Positions 48,177 through 57,567 of a stretch of 57,904 bases of DNA are shown piece by piece; the first letter of the stretch is position 1; each line of letters opens with the position of its first letter. Origin of the DNA: an uncultured virus (IMG/VR IMGVR_UViG_3300025121_000022) (Duplodnaviria > Heunggongvirae > Uroviricota > Caudoviricetes); IMG/VR virus record IMGVR_UViG_3300025121_000022; one strand, 5' to 3'. The notes beneath the pieces are model-generated. The model was not told where the DNA came from, made no database searches, and saw nothing but the letters and a program-made list of their open reading frames with translations. A program made the position numbers and the translations under genes.

Positions 48177-48370
48177 TTTCTTTTCGTCTTCCTTTCGCCT
48201 CTTACAGAGAATTTTTGTATATCAAACCCATATGGGAATATTAGAACTTCATAGCCAAGATATTTTTCTATCTCACTAGCTGTTTCTTGCAATTTTTGAA
48301 ATTTCTCAGAAGGGAAATTTTCAGGAGCCGTTATAACAAGAAACTCTTTCACAGCTTTTCCATACTCCAT
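48161..48370 (-). CDS. small hypothetical protein
   Basis: 69-aa ORF bridging the two glycosyltransferase genes. Confidence 0.5.
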   Translation of the reverse strand: MEYGKAVKEFLVITAPENFPSEKFQKLQETASEIEKYLGYEVLIFPYGFDIQKFSVRGERKTKRKWLTR

Positions 48371-50955
48371 CTCTTAAAGTTTTTTCTCTCTCCCCAAGAC
48401 CCGCACTTTTGCACAATATCGTCAACTGTTTCTTGCCATTTGGAAGTAAAAACATCAATCCCATAATTGGACTCAATGTGCTGTCTTCCCATAAAACCCA
48501 ATTTATCTCTTTCCTCTTTTGGCATTTCATACATCTTCCAACAAGCATCAATAAAATCTTCTTCCAAAACACGATCTTCGTAAATGTAAGGAACATCTAA
48601 AGAACCGACCAAGACTCTGCTCTTTGGTTCTAATGAAACTCCAAAAACATTTTGCCCATCAGTAACCTGCTCTTGCATCCCCCCCGTCTTCGTTACAATA
48701 ACAGGAGTGGCTGAGGCTAAACTTTCTCCAACACAATTATGAACCAATATGCCTCCTGAAATAAAGTTGTGCTCCTTTTCCACTTCGATATCATAAACGT
48801 TTTCTGTTTCGTTCTGTTTAACAGAACGAATAGGAACCAAAAACATATCTTCCTTTTCTATAATCGAAGTTCCCCTCTTTCTGGAAAAAGAAGGAATGGA
48901 ACTTTCAATCTCAAAAAATCTTCTAATTCTAGAGTCTTGTCTTCCGGAAATTACAAGAGTATAGGTATATTCCCCATTCGTAGTTTTTATCTTTTTACGC
49001 CTCACTAAAGACGAAAAAATATTCATAGATAAAAGAAGATCCCTAGTTTCGTAAGCTAATTTACGACTAACTGTTGAATACGTTATTATATTTTTACCAA
49101 AAGAGCCGTCCCCTGAAAATAAAGAGTACAAAAGAATCCTTGCAGAAGAGGTGCTAAAAATAAAGTCTTTATTAAGAAACTTATTCCCAGCGTGTTTCCC
49201 ACATTCTTTTTCAAAAAAAGATGCCAGAATCCCAGAAGCGCAAATATAAGAAGAAACATTTTTATCTTCTCTCGACTTCACAACCCCCTCTGCCCCAAAA
49301 ACTGTTCTAAAAAGTTCTTGAAGTCTTTTTGCAACAGGAAGCTCTTTGACGTTTAAAGAATACTCCACCCCTCTAGAACCCAAAGAGCTTCCTTCAGCTA
49401 CATACCACCCAATTATCTCTGACAACTCAAGACTATTTTTAATATATCTTTTTATTTTTTTCCTTCCATCCACAATGTTTGTTGTGCCGCACAACGCTCT
49501 GTATTTTTCTAAAAGTTCTTTTATCTTAAAAGAACCCTTTTTATATTTATCAGAAGCATTACCAAGAATAATCCTTCTAACCTGTTCCGCTTCATGCTTA
49601 GAACATCCAAGCCGCGCTCGAATATCTTCTAAGCTATCTCCGTCTTTGTGAGGAGAATATCCCATTTTCTCCCACACAAATTCTTCATCCCATTCGAGTT
49701 TTTCTTTATCAACATATTCACATAAATCAAAATATTCCCTTTGACTATATTGCATCTTTGGCTTCGGAAATGCAATAAAATCACCCACTGCTAACTCCCC
49801 TGCTTTATTCCAGTTTGGTTCCTCTTTGTGAAGTCCTTCTGAATCAAAACTTCTTCTATTTCTCTTAAGAGAAAAAACAGGATGTTCATCGGTAATCCTT
49901 GTTTCAATGCCACCTATTAAATAAGTTTTAGTGGGAGCTTCCCTATTAAAAAGTTTCGTTACCTTCTGTGTCTCGCCGTTTCTGCAAAACACCCGCTCGC
50001 CAACTTTAACGTCTTTTATTTCGCAATACCCACTTTCAGTCTTAACCAAAGAATCAGAACCTAAACAAAGGCCAAACCCTTCCGCATCAGAGATACTTAC
50101 TGTACAATCTACAGCATTGTACAAAAGAGCTATTTGTTCCCTTGTAAGAGGACGCTCTGCATGATTACTAATTTTAACGTACCCATCCAATTCAAAATCT
50201 CTAAAAACAACATGAAGGTCGTGCCCTGCCGGATCAATGGGATTTGTGTGCATAACAAGAATAGGAGCTTTTTCCTTGCCATACTTTGCTTCTACTTGCT
50301 GAGCAAACTTCTTAAACCACATCATCAAAGTCGCAGGGTGCTTTCTCCTCGCATTCCGATTATTCCAAAAGAATACAAACCTATTGTTAGAACCCCCCAT
50401 TTGCTTTTTAATTTCAAAAATATTTGGGTCTTGGCTTTTGTTGAAAACTTTGGTATCTACAGTAAGTGGAATGTGATATTTTAAAACATTTTCAGGAGCC
50501 ACTTGCTCAATAATATCTTTTGTCACAAGAGACTGAGAAACAATCGCGTCCACAGAACCATAATGATAAACATTAAATTTCGGAATTGGATAATTGTCCC
50601 AAATCGTATAAAAAACCATAGGGACAAGAGACCGCATCTCTAAAGCATTCGCAAACAGCGGATAAAAGAATCTCGGATCCCCCATAAACCAAACCATGTC
50701 AATCTTTTCAGTATAAATAGCGGAGCGAATCATCTCGGAAGTTCCAAAATTCTTCACCGGGAAAATTGTCCAGTCCTCACCCCACTCTTTAAATCGAATT
50801 GGATTATATTGTTTGTGTTCAATTGCTCCAGCAAAGCTATAAACAGAGTATTTTCCTGTTTTAAGAAGCGCCTCAATAAAAAGCTTCGCCTGAATGCCCA
50901 CACCAGAAGTCCCAAGAGGAGAATCCGAAATAGTTAAAATCTTCTTCTTTACCAT
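48349..50955 (-). CDS. GT4-family glycosyltransferase containing an intein
   Basis: ILTISDSPLGTSGV, NRNARRKH, LYNAVD...EGFGL[intein]CVGESLASATPVIVTKTGG; likely start MVKKK at 50955. Confidence 0.88.
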   Translation of the reverse strand: MVKKKILTISDSPLGTSGVGIQAKLFIEALLKTGKYSVYSFAGAIEHKQYNPIRFKEWGEDWTIFPVKNFGTSEMIRSAIYTEKIDMVWFMGDPRFFYPLFANALEMRSLVPMVFYTIWDNYPIPKFNVYHYGSVDAIVSQSLVTKDIIEQVAPENVLKYHIPLTVDTKVFNKSQDPNIFEIKKQMGGSNNRFVFFWNNRNARRKHPATLMMWFKKFAQQVEAKYGKEKAPILVMHTNPIDPAGHDLHVVFRDFELDGYVKISNHAERPLTREQIALLYNAVDCTVSISDAEGFGLCLGSDSLVKTESGYCEIKDVKVGERVFCRNGETQKVTKLFNREAPTKTYLIGGIETRITDEHPVFSLKRNRRSFDSEGLHKEEPNWNKAGELAVGDFIAFPKPKMQYSQREYFDLCEYVDKEKLEWDEEFVWEKMGYSPHKDGDSLEDIRARLGCSKHEAEQVRRIILGNASDKYKKGSFKIKELLEKYRALCGTTNIVDGRKKIKRYIKNSLELSEIIGWYVAEGSSLGSRGVEYSLNVKELPVAKRLQELFRTVFGAEGVVKSREDKNVSSYICASGILASFFEKECGKHAGNKFLNKDFIFSTSSARILLYSLFSGDGSFGKNIITYSTVSRKLAYETRDLLLSMNIFSSLVRRKKIKTTNGEYTYTLVISGRQDSRIRRFFEIESSIPSFSRKRGTSIIEKEDMFLVPIRSVKQNETENVYDIEVEKEHNFISGGILVHNCVGESLASATPVIVTKTGGMQEQVTDGQNVFGVSLEPKSRVLVGSLDVPYIYEDRVLEEDFIDACWKMYEMPKEERDKLGFMGRQHIESNYGIDVFTSKWQETVDDIVQKCGSWGERKNFKRWSMEKL
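48736..50067 (-). mobile_element. intein (444 aa) with LAGLIDADG homing endonuclease
   Basis: N-terminal CLGSDSLV; block B TDEHPV; LAGLIDADG helices IIGWYVAEGS and LLYSLFSGDGS; C-terminal VYDIEVEKEHNF...VHN followed by Cys+1. Confidence 0.93.
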
Positions 50956-50966
50956 TAAATTCCCTT

Positions 50967-51749
50967 TCACCACTTTTTACAGTCGTCAGTATTGTGAAAC
51001 TGACATCTCGTGCAACTCGACCTATTTTTAGGAAAATTGGAAGAGTTGATATTCAAACAAGTATTGTATAACATCTTTGTAGCATTTTTGATCTTTTTTT
51101 CTCCACAAGAAACTCTAACAAATTCAACTTCGTTCTTCTTTGCTATTCTTTTAAGGAGAACGAATCCCGTCTCTATGTCTGCAAGAGGAATATTTTTCTG
51201 TCTTGCAAAGAAATTCTTATAAAAAGCCAACTGATAAGTTACAATTTTATCCGTCTTCTTTTCGGCATCCCAACCCCAAGAGCAAGTCTTAAAATCAAGA
51301 ATATAATATTTATCTTGATATTTTATGATAATATCTACATACCCAACAAATTTAAATCCAAGTTCTATCTCTTCTTTTAATTCTTTCTCTATGTCCACCA
51401 GTTCAAATCCAGGATATTTCTTATCCAAAGCTACCAAAACTAAAGGTACAATCTTCTCCCCCTGAAGCCTAAATTCCTTTATCAGCTCAACGGGAATCTT
51501 GTTTTTTTCTTCTTTTGGAAGTTCTTTCAGAGACTTCTTGAATTCCTCAAGAAAGGTCTTAACCTCGTCACACTCTCTAACTTTTATCTTTTTCTCGACA
51601 GAGCTGTGAACCGCTTTGCCGAAGCTAGAGAAAATGTTCCCAGCAAACTTCTTGCCGTCAATATATGAAAGCTTCCATTTGTATGGACATTCATGATAAA
51701 GAGAAAATGAAGAAAATGATATAGTTTTTTCTTTTTGTACTTCTGTCAA
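50967..51749 (-). CDS. PD-(D/E)XK nuclease, Cas4/RecB-like, probable Fe-S cluster
   Basis: ISFS...ECPYKW, FGKAVH, GYVD, ILDFKT, QLAFY, C-terminal CTRC......C. Confidence 0.85.
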   Translation of the reverse strand: MTEVQKEKTISFSSFSLYHECPYKWKLSYIDGKKFAGNIFSSFGKAVHSSVEKKIKVRECDEVKTFLEEFKKSLKELPKEEKNKIPVELIKEFRLQGEKIVPLVLVALDKKYPGFELVDIEKELKEEIELGFKFVGYVDIIIKYQDKYYILDFKTCSWGWDAEKKTDKIVTYQLAFYKNFFARQKNIPLADIETGFVLLKRIAKKNEVEFVRVSCGEKKIKNATKMLYNTCLNINSSNFPKNRSSCTRCQFHNTDDCKKW

Positions 51750-51757
51750 GTTTTTTC

Positions 51758-52423
51758 CTAAACAAATAAGGATTCTATCTTCTCGTACAATACAGGAGAA
51801 ATATCACGAAGTTGACTTCTTTTTTCATCAGAAGCAAAAAAGTCTTCAAACCCTCTAGAAAAATACTCTCGTATCGAATAAGCCGCATAGGGAGATACGA
51901 AAATACCAACAGAAAAAGTAGTTAATTTCGAGTAACCAATTTCTTCAAACACCTCATCCATCCTCGACGTCGTGTGCATCTGAGAAAAATCTTCCTTTGA
52001 AAAGGCCAAGTTGTAGTGATTTTCTAATATTTCCAGCAGCTTAGCCTTCTTTACCATGAACTCGTGAATCAAATTAGAATCTTCATACACCATTTCTTGA
52101 AAGGATTCTTCAACTGCATGTCCAAGCTCGTGTACAAAAGCGCGATAAAAAGACTCACCATCTTTCATCTCAGCATTCATAAACACAACGCCATTGTAAT
52201 ATACAGCGTCAAATCCCTTATCTCTAAGGGCAGCAAAATACCCTATCCGAATACTCCGAATAAAAGAAAGAATTTTGCCTTTGATGCTTTTGTTAACTTT
52301 GGAAATAAAATCTTCTATGACTTTTTGCTTCGAGACAGCATCGTTAAAAAGATGTACCGGAATGTCTCCAAGAAACAAAATTCTTCTGTCTTCCGCCGAA
52401 ACCTGTGTGTGATAGTTAAACAA
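51758..52423 (-). CDS. putative zincin metallopeptidase
   Basis: FVHELGHA (HExxH) with downstream SPYA...REYFSRGFE. Confidence 0.65.
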   Translation of the reverse strand: MFNYHTQVSAEDRRILFLGDIPVHLFNDAVSKQKVIEDFISKVNKSIKGKILSFIRSIRIGYFAALRDKGFDAVYYNGVVFMNAEMKDGESFYRAFVHELGHAVEESFQEMVYEDSNLIHEFMVKKAKLLEILENHYNLAFSKEDFSQMHTTSRMDEVFEEIGYSKLTTFSVGIFVSPYAAYSIREYFSRGFEDFFASDEKRSQLRDISPVLYEKIESLFV

Positions 52424-52424
52424 C

Positions 52425-53753
52425 TTAATTCTCTTCTTCGAATATTTCAGCGGCTATACTGGCCAACCGACTCCTTTCCCCCTTGACCAAAGTAACATGC
52501 CCTGAAAGATCATAAGACTTAAATCTTTCTATGGCATGAGTTAAACCACTTGTCAAACTATTAAGATGAATGTCATCTATTTGCCGAAGGTCCCCTGTAA
52601 TAACAATCTTGGTATTGTCTCCTGGTCTAGTAAGAAGAGTTTTTGTTTCGTGAAAATTTAAATTCTGAGCTTCATCAATAATCCAATAACTATTAGGGAC
52701 GCTACGACCTCTGATATATGTCATTATTTGAATTTCAATTATTCCCTTTTCCAAATAATCATTTAATGTTTCTCGATCTCCAAGAAGAAAGTTTAAATTA
52801 TCTACAATCGGTTGCATCCAAGGAGACATTTTTTCTTCAGCCAATCCAGGCAAAAACCCTATGTCTTTTTCTTTACCCCCCATAGGCACCACAGGTCTAG
52901 TAACAATCAGCTTTTTATATTTCTCTTCTTCTAAAAGCCTTAACCCAGCAGCGAGAGCTAAAAGAGTTTTTCCACTTCCGCTTTGACCAACCATAGAAAC
53001 AAGCTCTACTGAAGGATCCAAAAGAAGATCAGTAGCAAATATTTGTTCTTTGTTCTTAGGGCGAATTCCGCTTAATTCATCTCCCTTCCATTTGGTTTGG
53101 ACCTTTTTAAGAACTTTTTCTTTCCCCATATATCTACAAACAAAACTTTTCTTTTCATCTGTTTCTGATTTTACAACAAGGAAAGTATTAGGACACAACT
53201 CCGTTGAAAGCTCTGCCGGCAGCACCACGGCTTTATCACAATAGAAGTCATCAATAAAAGAATCCTTAGCCAAAACCTCTCGAACCCCAGAAAATAATTC
53301 TGAAAGACTAGATACCTCTTTACCCGGCTGATAGTCTTCGCACGCTAGGTTTAAAGCATCACATTTTACCCGCATATTAATGTCGCGAGTAACCAAAATA
53401 ACTTTCTTACCAAACTGCTGTTCTTGAAGAGCTACGGAAATAATCTGATTGTCGGGGTCTTCTGTTATAGCTCCAGGAATTACTGTGGCTCTATTGGCAA
53501 ATTTAACAAATATCTTCCCTTTATTTTCCCCAATGGAAACCCCAGTTACAAGACTTCCTTTGTTTCTAATCTCATCAATTGCTTTAATAAATTTTCTAGC
53601 GTTAAGACCAACAGTATCTAACCTTTTTTTATGTTTGTCTATTTCCTCTAAAACTTTAAACGGGATTACAACATCATTCTTTTCAGAATACGTCACGATA
53701 GAGTTTGTGTTCGTCAAAAATACGTTGGTGTCGATTACGTAAGTATTTTTCAT
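52425..53753 (-). CDS. phoH: PIN-domain PhoH-family protein (PhoH2/YlaK type)
   Basis: PIN motifs VIDTNVF, PDNQI, TRDINMRVK; Walker A GQSGSGKT; IRGRS, IIDEAQN, TGDLRQID. Confidence 0.92.
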   Translation of the reverse strand: MKNTYVIDTNVFLTNTNSIVTYSEKNDVVIPFKVLEEIDKHKKRLDTVGLNARKFIKAIDEIRNKGSLVTGVSIGENKGKIFVKFANRATVIPGAITEDPDNQIISVALQEQQFGKKVILVTRDINMRVKCDALNLACEDYQPGKEVSSLSELFSGVREVLAKDSFIDDFYCDKAVVLPAELSTELCPNTFLVVKSETDEKKSFVCRYMGKEKVLKKVQTKWKGDELSGIRPKNKEQIFATDLLLDPSVELVSMVGQSGSGKTLLALAAGLRLLEEEKYKKLIVTRPVVPMGGKEKDIGFLPGLAEEKMSPWMQPIVDNLNFLLGDRETLNDYLEKGIIEIQIMTYIRGRSVPNSYWIIDEAQNLNFHETKTLLTRPGDNTKIVITGDLRQIDDIHLNSLTSGLTHAIERFKSYDLSGHVTLVKGERSRLASIAAEIFEEEN

Positions 53754-54126
53754 TTTTTGAAATAGTTTCCTTTTTTACTCCCGATGCTTCAAAAAGCCTC
53801 AAGAGAGAGTTCTTTCTAACTCCTAATAAATCTGATGCCTCTTTTGCAGTATCAACCGCAACTCTAGCATAACGATACAAGGCGTCTATAATCGCATATC
53901 TAACCATTCTATAAAAACCAAAGCCAGCAGGCCTATAATCTGAGATTTCTGCCGCTGTTTCTAGTTTCAATAAAATAAGATCCTCTAGCGCAGTAGTTCT
54001 CAAAAAAGATTCGTTTTCTCTAGTAAGAACTCCGTTAAGCCTTGCTCTCTCTAGAAAAGTTACCTTCTTTTTAATTTCGATTCTTTTACCGAATCTCCAG
54101 ATCCTAGTTCTTCTTCCTCTGGTCAC
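53683..54126 (-). CDS. hypothetical protein with Fis-like HTH
   Basis: AKEASDLLGVRKNSLLRL. Confidence 0.5.
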   Translation of the reverse strand: MTRGRRTRIWRFGKRIEIKKKVTFLERARLNGVLTRENESFLRTTALEDLILLKLETAAEISDYRPAGFGFYRMVRYAIIDALYRYARVAVDTAKEASDLLGVRKNSLLRLFEASGVKKETISKNEKYLRNRHQRIFDEHKLYRDVF

Positions 54127-54134
54127 AAGAGCCT

Positions 54135-54374
54135 CTAGTTTTCTATTTTCTTAAAGCGTCTCTTTGTCTGAACACTCTCTGTCTTTGCTTCAGGCTTTTC
54201 TTGTTCCACAGGTAGCTCAGGCTTTTCAACTTTGGGAACAATAATTTCGTCTTCTACTTTGGAAGGAAGAAACTTCTCTACAACCGCAACTTCCTTCTCA
54301 ACAAGCACAACAGGCGGAGCTGCAGCCTCGCGAGCTTTAATTCTTGCCTGCCTTCTTCGTCTCGGATTACTCAT
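54135..54374 (-). CDS. small basic/acidic low-complexity protein
   Basis: 79-aa ORF with AAGGAG RBS. Confidence 0.6.
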   Translation of the reverse strand: MSNPRRRRQARIKAREAAAPPVVLVEKEVAVVEKFLPSKVEDEIIVPKVEKPELPVEQEKPEAKTESVQTKRRFKKIEN

Positions 54375-54386
54375 AATTAACTCTCC

Positions 54387-55181
54387 TTATTTACTGTTCG
54401 GCATTGTTTGAAGATTGTCCTCAAACAAATCAAAATACATTTTCAAGTTTGTTAAAAGATATTCAACAAATATTTTCTTGTCTTCATCGTTGGACAAAAG
54501 TCTAAACGACTCAAGAATCGTTTTTTCTATTTGATGGAACACTTCAAACGCCAAATTCTTTCCTGTTTCATCTTCCCCATCAACGGCAAAATCTTCTTTG
54601 TCTTTGATGTTTGTTTTCTTGTCCGTAGGTTTTTTGTCTTTCGGACGAATATCAATAAACTTTTGTTCGTCACCTGGCATATCAAGCTCATTAAGAGGAT
54701 TTTCCGAAGGCATCGAAGGCTCGGGTTCAGCAGAAGGTTGCTTCATGCCCTCTCCGTCTCCCATAGCATTATCTACCTCTGCCTGAGCCTGTTCTGATGA
54801 CTCGGGAGCTTCTGATTCCACATATGCTCTCTCCAGGGACTTCTTGCACCCATTTATAATATGGGCTCGAAAAGACTTTCTTTGAAACTGATCTGTTGTC
54901 AGTTTTCTGAAGTTTCTCTCTAGAATAGGCAGAACTTTTCTTAGAAGTTCCGAAAGAATATTAATTCCTGTTGATTGATGCGCAGGCGGAGGTGTTTTGG
55001 CTTCGGAAATTATCTTCCGGACGCACTCTTTTAGTAGTGCTCTTTCTTTATGTCTTTCTATAATCTTTTTCTTTTCTTCGGAAACCTGCTCAAAAATCCT
55101 ATTTTGAGCGATTTTATCCACAGTCTCCCGAAGCAGTTTTTCTTCTTGAAGTTCTTTTATAAATTCTTCTCTAGTTTTCAT
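54387..55181 (-). CDS. hypothetical acidic protein (possible head/scaffold-associated)
   Basis: Repeated LLRE, LLKE..RKIISE and PLNE motifs; acidic linker. Confidence 0.55.
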   Translation of the reverse strand: MKTREEFIKELQEEKLLRETVDKIAQNRIFEQVSEEKKKIIERHKERALLKECVRKIISEAKTPPPAHQSTGINILSELLRKVLPILERNFRKLTTDQFQRKSFRAHIINGCKKSLERAYVESEAPESSEQAQAEVDNAMGDGEGMKQPSAEPEPSMPSENPLNELDMPGDEQKFIDIRPKDKKPTDKKTNIKDKEDFAVDGEDETGKNLAFEVFHQIEKTILESFRLLSNDEDKKIFVEYLLTNLKMYFDLFEDNLQTMPNSK

Positions 55182-57549
55182 TCAGGATCCTCGAATTAAA
55201 GTATTCCATTACCTCTCTAATTAGCATATTTTTAGTGTTTTCTTCGTCTTTTTCAACACTTGACCCAGATAAAGCCCCCGTCACAGCTCCCATAGCCATT
55301 CCAGAAAATTCCAATATCTCGGTCTTTGTCATATCCGCCACAATTTTAAGAAGTTCTTCCGAATCGGTTTTTAATTCATCCGGCAAGAAAGAAGCAAAAG
55401 AGTTTTCATCTCCATTCGCAATTGCCTTTCTCATCAAAGTGGAAGAAAATGCCATGTTTTTCTCTCGAAGGGGGTCCACAGACCAGTCCTTCCCATAAAG
55501 CAGCTTAACACCTTCTGGTGCATATTTTTCAAAATTCTCAAATCTTTTCGAATCTTCCCCTTTTCCCGAAGTTCCTAGAACAACATTTGTATTTTTTGGC
55601 AAAGAAGAAATAAATTCCAACATGCTTACGATCGGACTGACCGCATCTGCAATCTTAATCTCCACCTTCTGCTCAAGCCCGGACACTTGAATATATTTTT
55701 TAAACAGAGTGACCGCTACATCCGCGCCCACTGCTCTACCGCCCGGAGCCTCCCTGGGCCTATTGGAAATAAACACAACCACCTTATCCGCGATTTCAGC
55801 ATATTGTTTTAGCATATGCAAATGTCCACGATGAGGCGGCTTAAATGCACCAGGGATTAAGACATAATTTATCTTCCCCTTTACTTCTTCCAATACCATT
55901 GGGGAAAGACTACCCCTACCATACTTAAACAGTCCTAAAATCTGATTCACTGGAGCAAAATTCCCAGTAAATTTATATGTCTTGCCATCAAAACTGAAGA
56001 CAAAGCCCTCGGTTGCAGAAGAAATGTTCTCAAGAGACTCCAATTTTTCCATCTGTCTACGCAGTTGCTTGATTGCTTCAACATTGCCTGAATTCTGAAT
56101 CTTTTCAATAGCCTGAGAGACTTTCTCTCTTATTCTTGCCAGCTCTTTCTTATCGTCCAAAACAAACAAAGAATCTAAACTTTTAAGAATTTCAACAGAA
56201 AAGTCATGAATTGTTTTTTCCAGCGGAAGAATTGCTCTTTTTCTAAGATCGTTTGCTCTTGAAAGAAGTTCGTTTGCTTGCGATAATTGACGAGGATTTA
56301 AATCTTTTTTAAGCTCTCTTAGATTAATTTTCTCTCCCGCAATTCTTCGGATTATTTGTTCTTTCTTTGATTGCGATAAATCGGATATATATTCTTCAAC
56401 CGCTGGGGTCAGCCTCAAAAAAAGGAAATTAGATACAGTGCTGCTTTCCGAGGCCCCTGAGTCATGTAAAATATCTTCAATTCTCTTTAAAGCAATCTCA
56501 AGGGGTTTTCTGTCCGATAGGGCCTTAAGATTTCTTAAAGCCGAAATCTTCATGTCATAATCTTTTATTTTTGTCTTCCCAAGTTCGTCTACTTTTTTTG
56601 TCAACTCCAAGACATTATTTTCCAAATTCACATCCGAGACCGTTTTTGCCAAAATGTCAGACACAATATGCCCGTTTCGATGAAGAATTATAAATTTCTT
56701 ATTATAATCAACAACATTTGAAGCTTCAGGAGAAACGATGTCGGAGTTGTAAAATAATTTCTTTGGGTATTCTCCGAAGAACTGAATCTTTTCTTGAGGG
56801 GTTAAAGAAATAGCTAGTTCTTCGAATGATTTCAATGCATTAGAAACTACGGTTTTTAAGTTTTGATTGCTGTGCTCGGCAAACTTTTCAAAGAAATCTT
56901 CCGCAGTTAGACCTCCACCTTCCAACTCCCCTTTGTTTCTAGCCCCAACCGCAACATTTTTCTGCAAGTCGAAAGAAACAAAAAGATTAACCCCATCCAC
57001 CTTTTCTGTACCTTCAATTTTTCCCGAAGAGGCAGCAATTAATATTTCCTTAATTTTCTTAAATGTAAGAAGCGGATCGTCGTAGAGGTGGTTCATGTGG
57101 CCAGCCGCACCTCCCTCATTTAACTGAAGCCTTCCTCGTTCGCGGAGGATTATTTCTACAAGAGCTTTCTTCTGAGAGTCTTCCCAGTCCCTAAAAAGCA
57201 TGTTCCCTCTTAGATAAGCTTCTTCTTCAGCCTTCCTAAGCTGGGGATCGTCTTGAGCATAAGACTGAGAATTAAGTCCTGAGAGGGGTAATCTTTTTTC
57301 TTCGTTTTGCCAATGATGGCATATCTCGTGTGCAAATGATCTTGCTATGTCCTTGTGATGTCTTCCGGTAACATAAATATTTATCTCTTCTGTCTCCGGA
57401 TCGTAGTTAGCTGTTTTCCCTAATAATTTCTTAGCATTAGCCTCAGACTGTATAAAATTAAGAGCTGAGATGCCTCTCTTAAATCCTAACTCCTTTTTAC
57501 AGAAGGAATAAAGTTCTTGTAACATCTTTTCTGTTTCATTAAGATTCAT
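55171..57549 (-). CDS. three-domain fusion: HExxH metallopeptidase-like + RNA-ligase-like nucleotidyltransferase + HIGH-motif (cytidylyl/NMN adenylyl) transferase
   Basis: AHEICHH; TEKVDG (motif I KxDG), EGFVF (motif IV), YKFTG (motif V); PGAFKPPHRGH...SSTLMR. Confidence 0.7.
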   Translation of the reverse strand: MNLNETEKMLQELYSFCKKELGFKRGISALNFIQSEANAKKLLGKTANYDPETEEINIYVTGRHHKDIARSFAHEICHHWQNEEKRLPLSGLNSQSYAQDDPQLRKAEEEAYLRGNMLFRDWEDSQKKALVEIILRERGRLQLNEGGAAGHMNHLYDDPLLTFKKIKEILIAASSGKIEGTEKVDGVNLFVSFDLQKNVAVGARNKGELEGGGLTAEDFFEKFAEHSNQNLKTVVSNALKSFEELAISLTPQEKIQFFGEYPKKLFYNSDIVSPEASNVVDYNKKFIILHRNGHIVSDILAKTVSDVNLENNVLELTKKVDELGKTKIKDYDMKISALRNLKALSDRKPLEIALKRIEDILHDSGASESSTVSNFLFLRLTPAVEEYISDLSQSKKEQIIRRIAGEKINLRELKKDLNPRQLSQANELLSRANDLRKRAILPLEKTIHDFSVEILKSLDSLFVLDDKKELARIREKVSQAIEKIQNSGNVEAIKQLRRQMEKLESLENISSATEGFVFSFDGKTYKFTGNFAPVNQILGLFKYGRGSLSPMVLEEVKGKINYVLIPGAFKPPHRGHLHMLKQYAEIADKVVVFISNRPREAPGGRAVGADVAVTLFKKYIQVSGLEQKVEIKIADAVSPIVSMLEFISSLPKNTNVVLGTSGKGEDSKRFENFEKYAPEGVKLLYGKDWSVDPLREKNMAFSSTLMRKAIANGDENSFASFLPDELKTDSEELLKIVADMTKTEILEFSGMAMGAVTGALSGSSVEKDEENTKNMLIREVMEYFNSRILNEN

Positions 57550-57567
57550 CGATCTTTTCCTCTTACA

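Noticed and set aside
50967..51749. Cas4 as part of a CRISPR-Cas system
   Set aside because: No cas1/cas2 or array in the window; solo Cas4-like nucleases are common in phages.
719..57085. Numerous short plus-strand ORFs in the track (e.g. 12091..12843, 32158..32682)
   Set aside because: They are antisense to well-supported minus-strand genes and have the F/S/L-rich composition typical of shadow frames.
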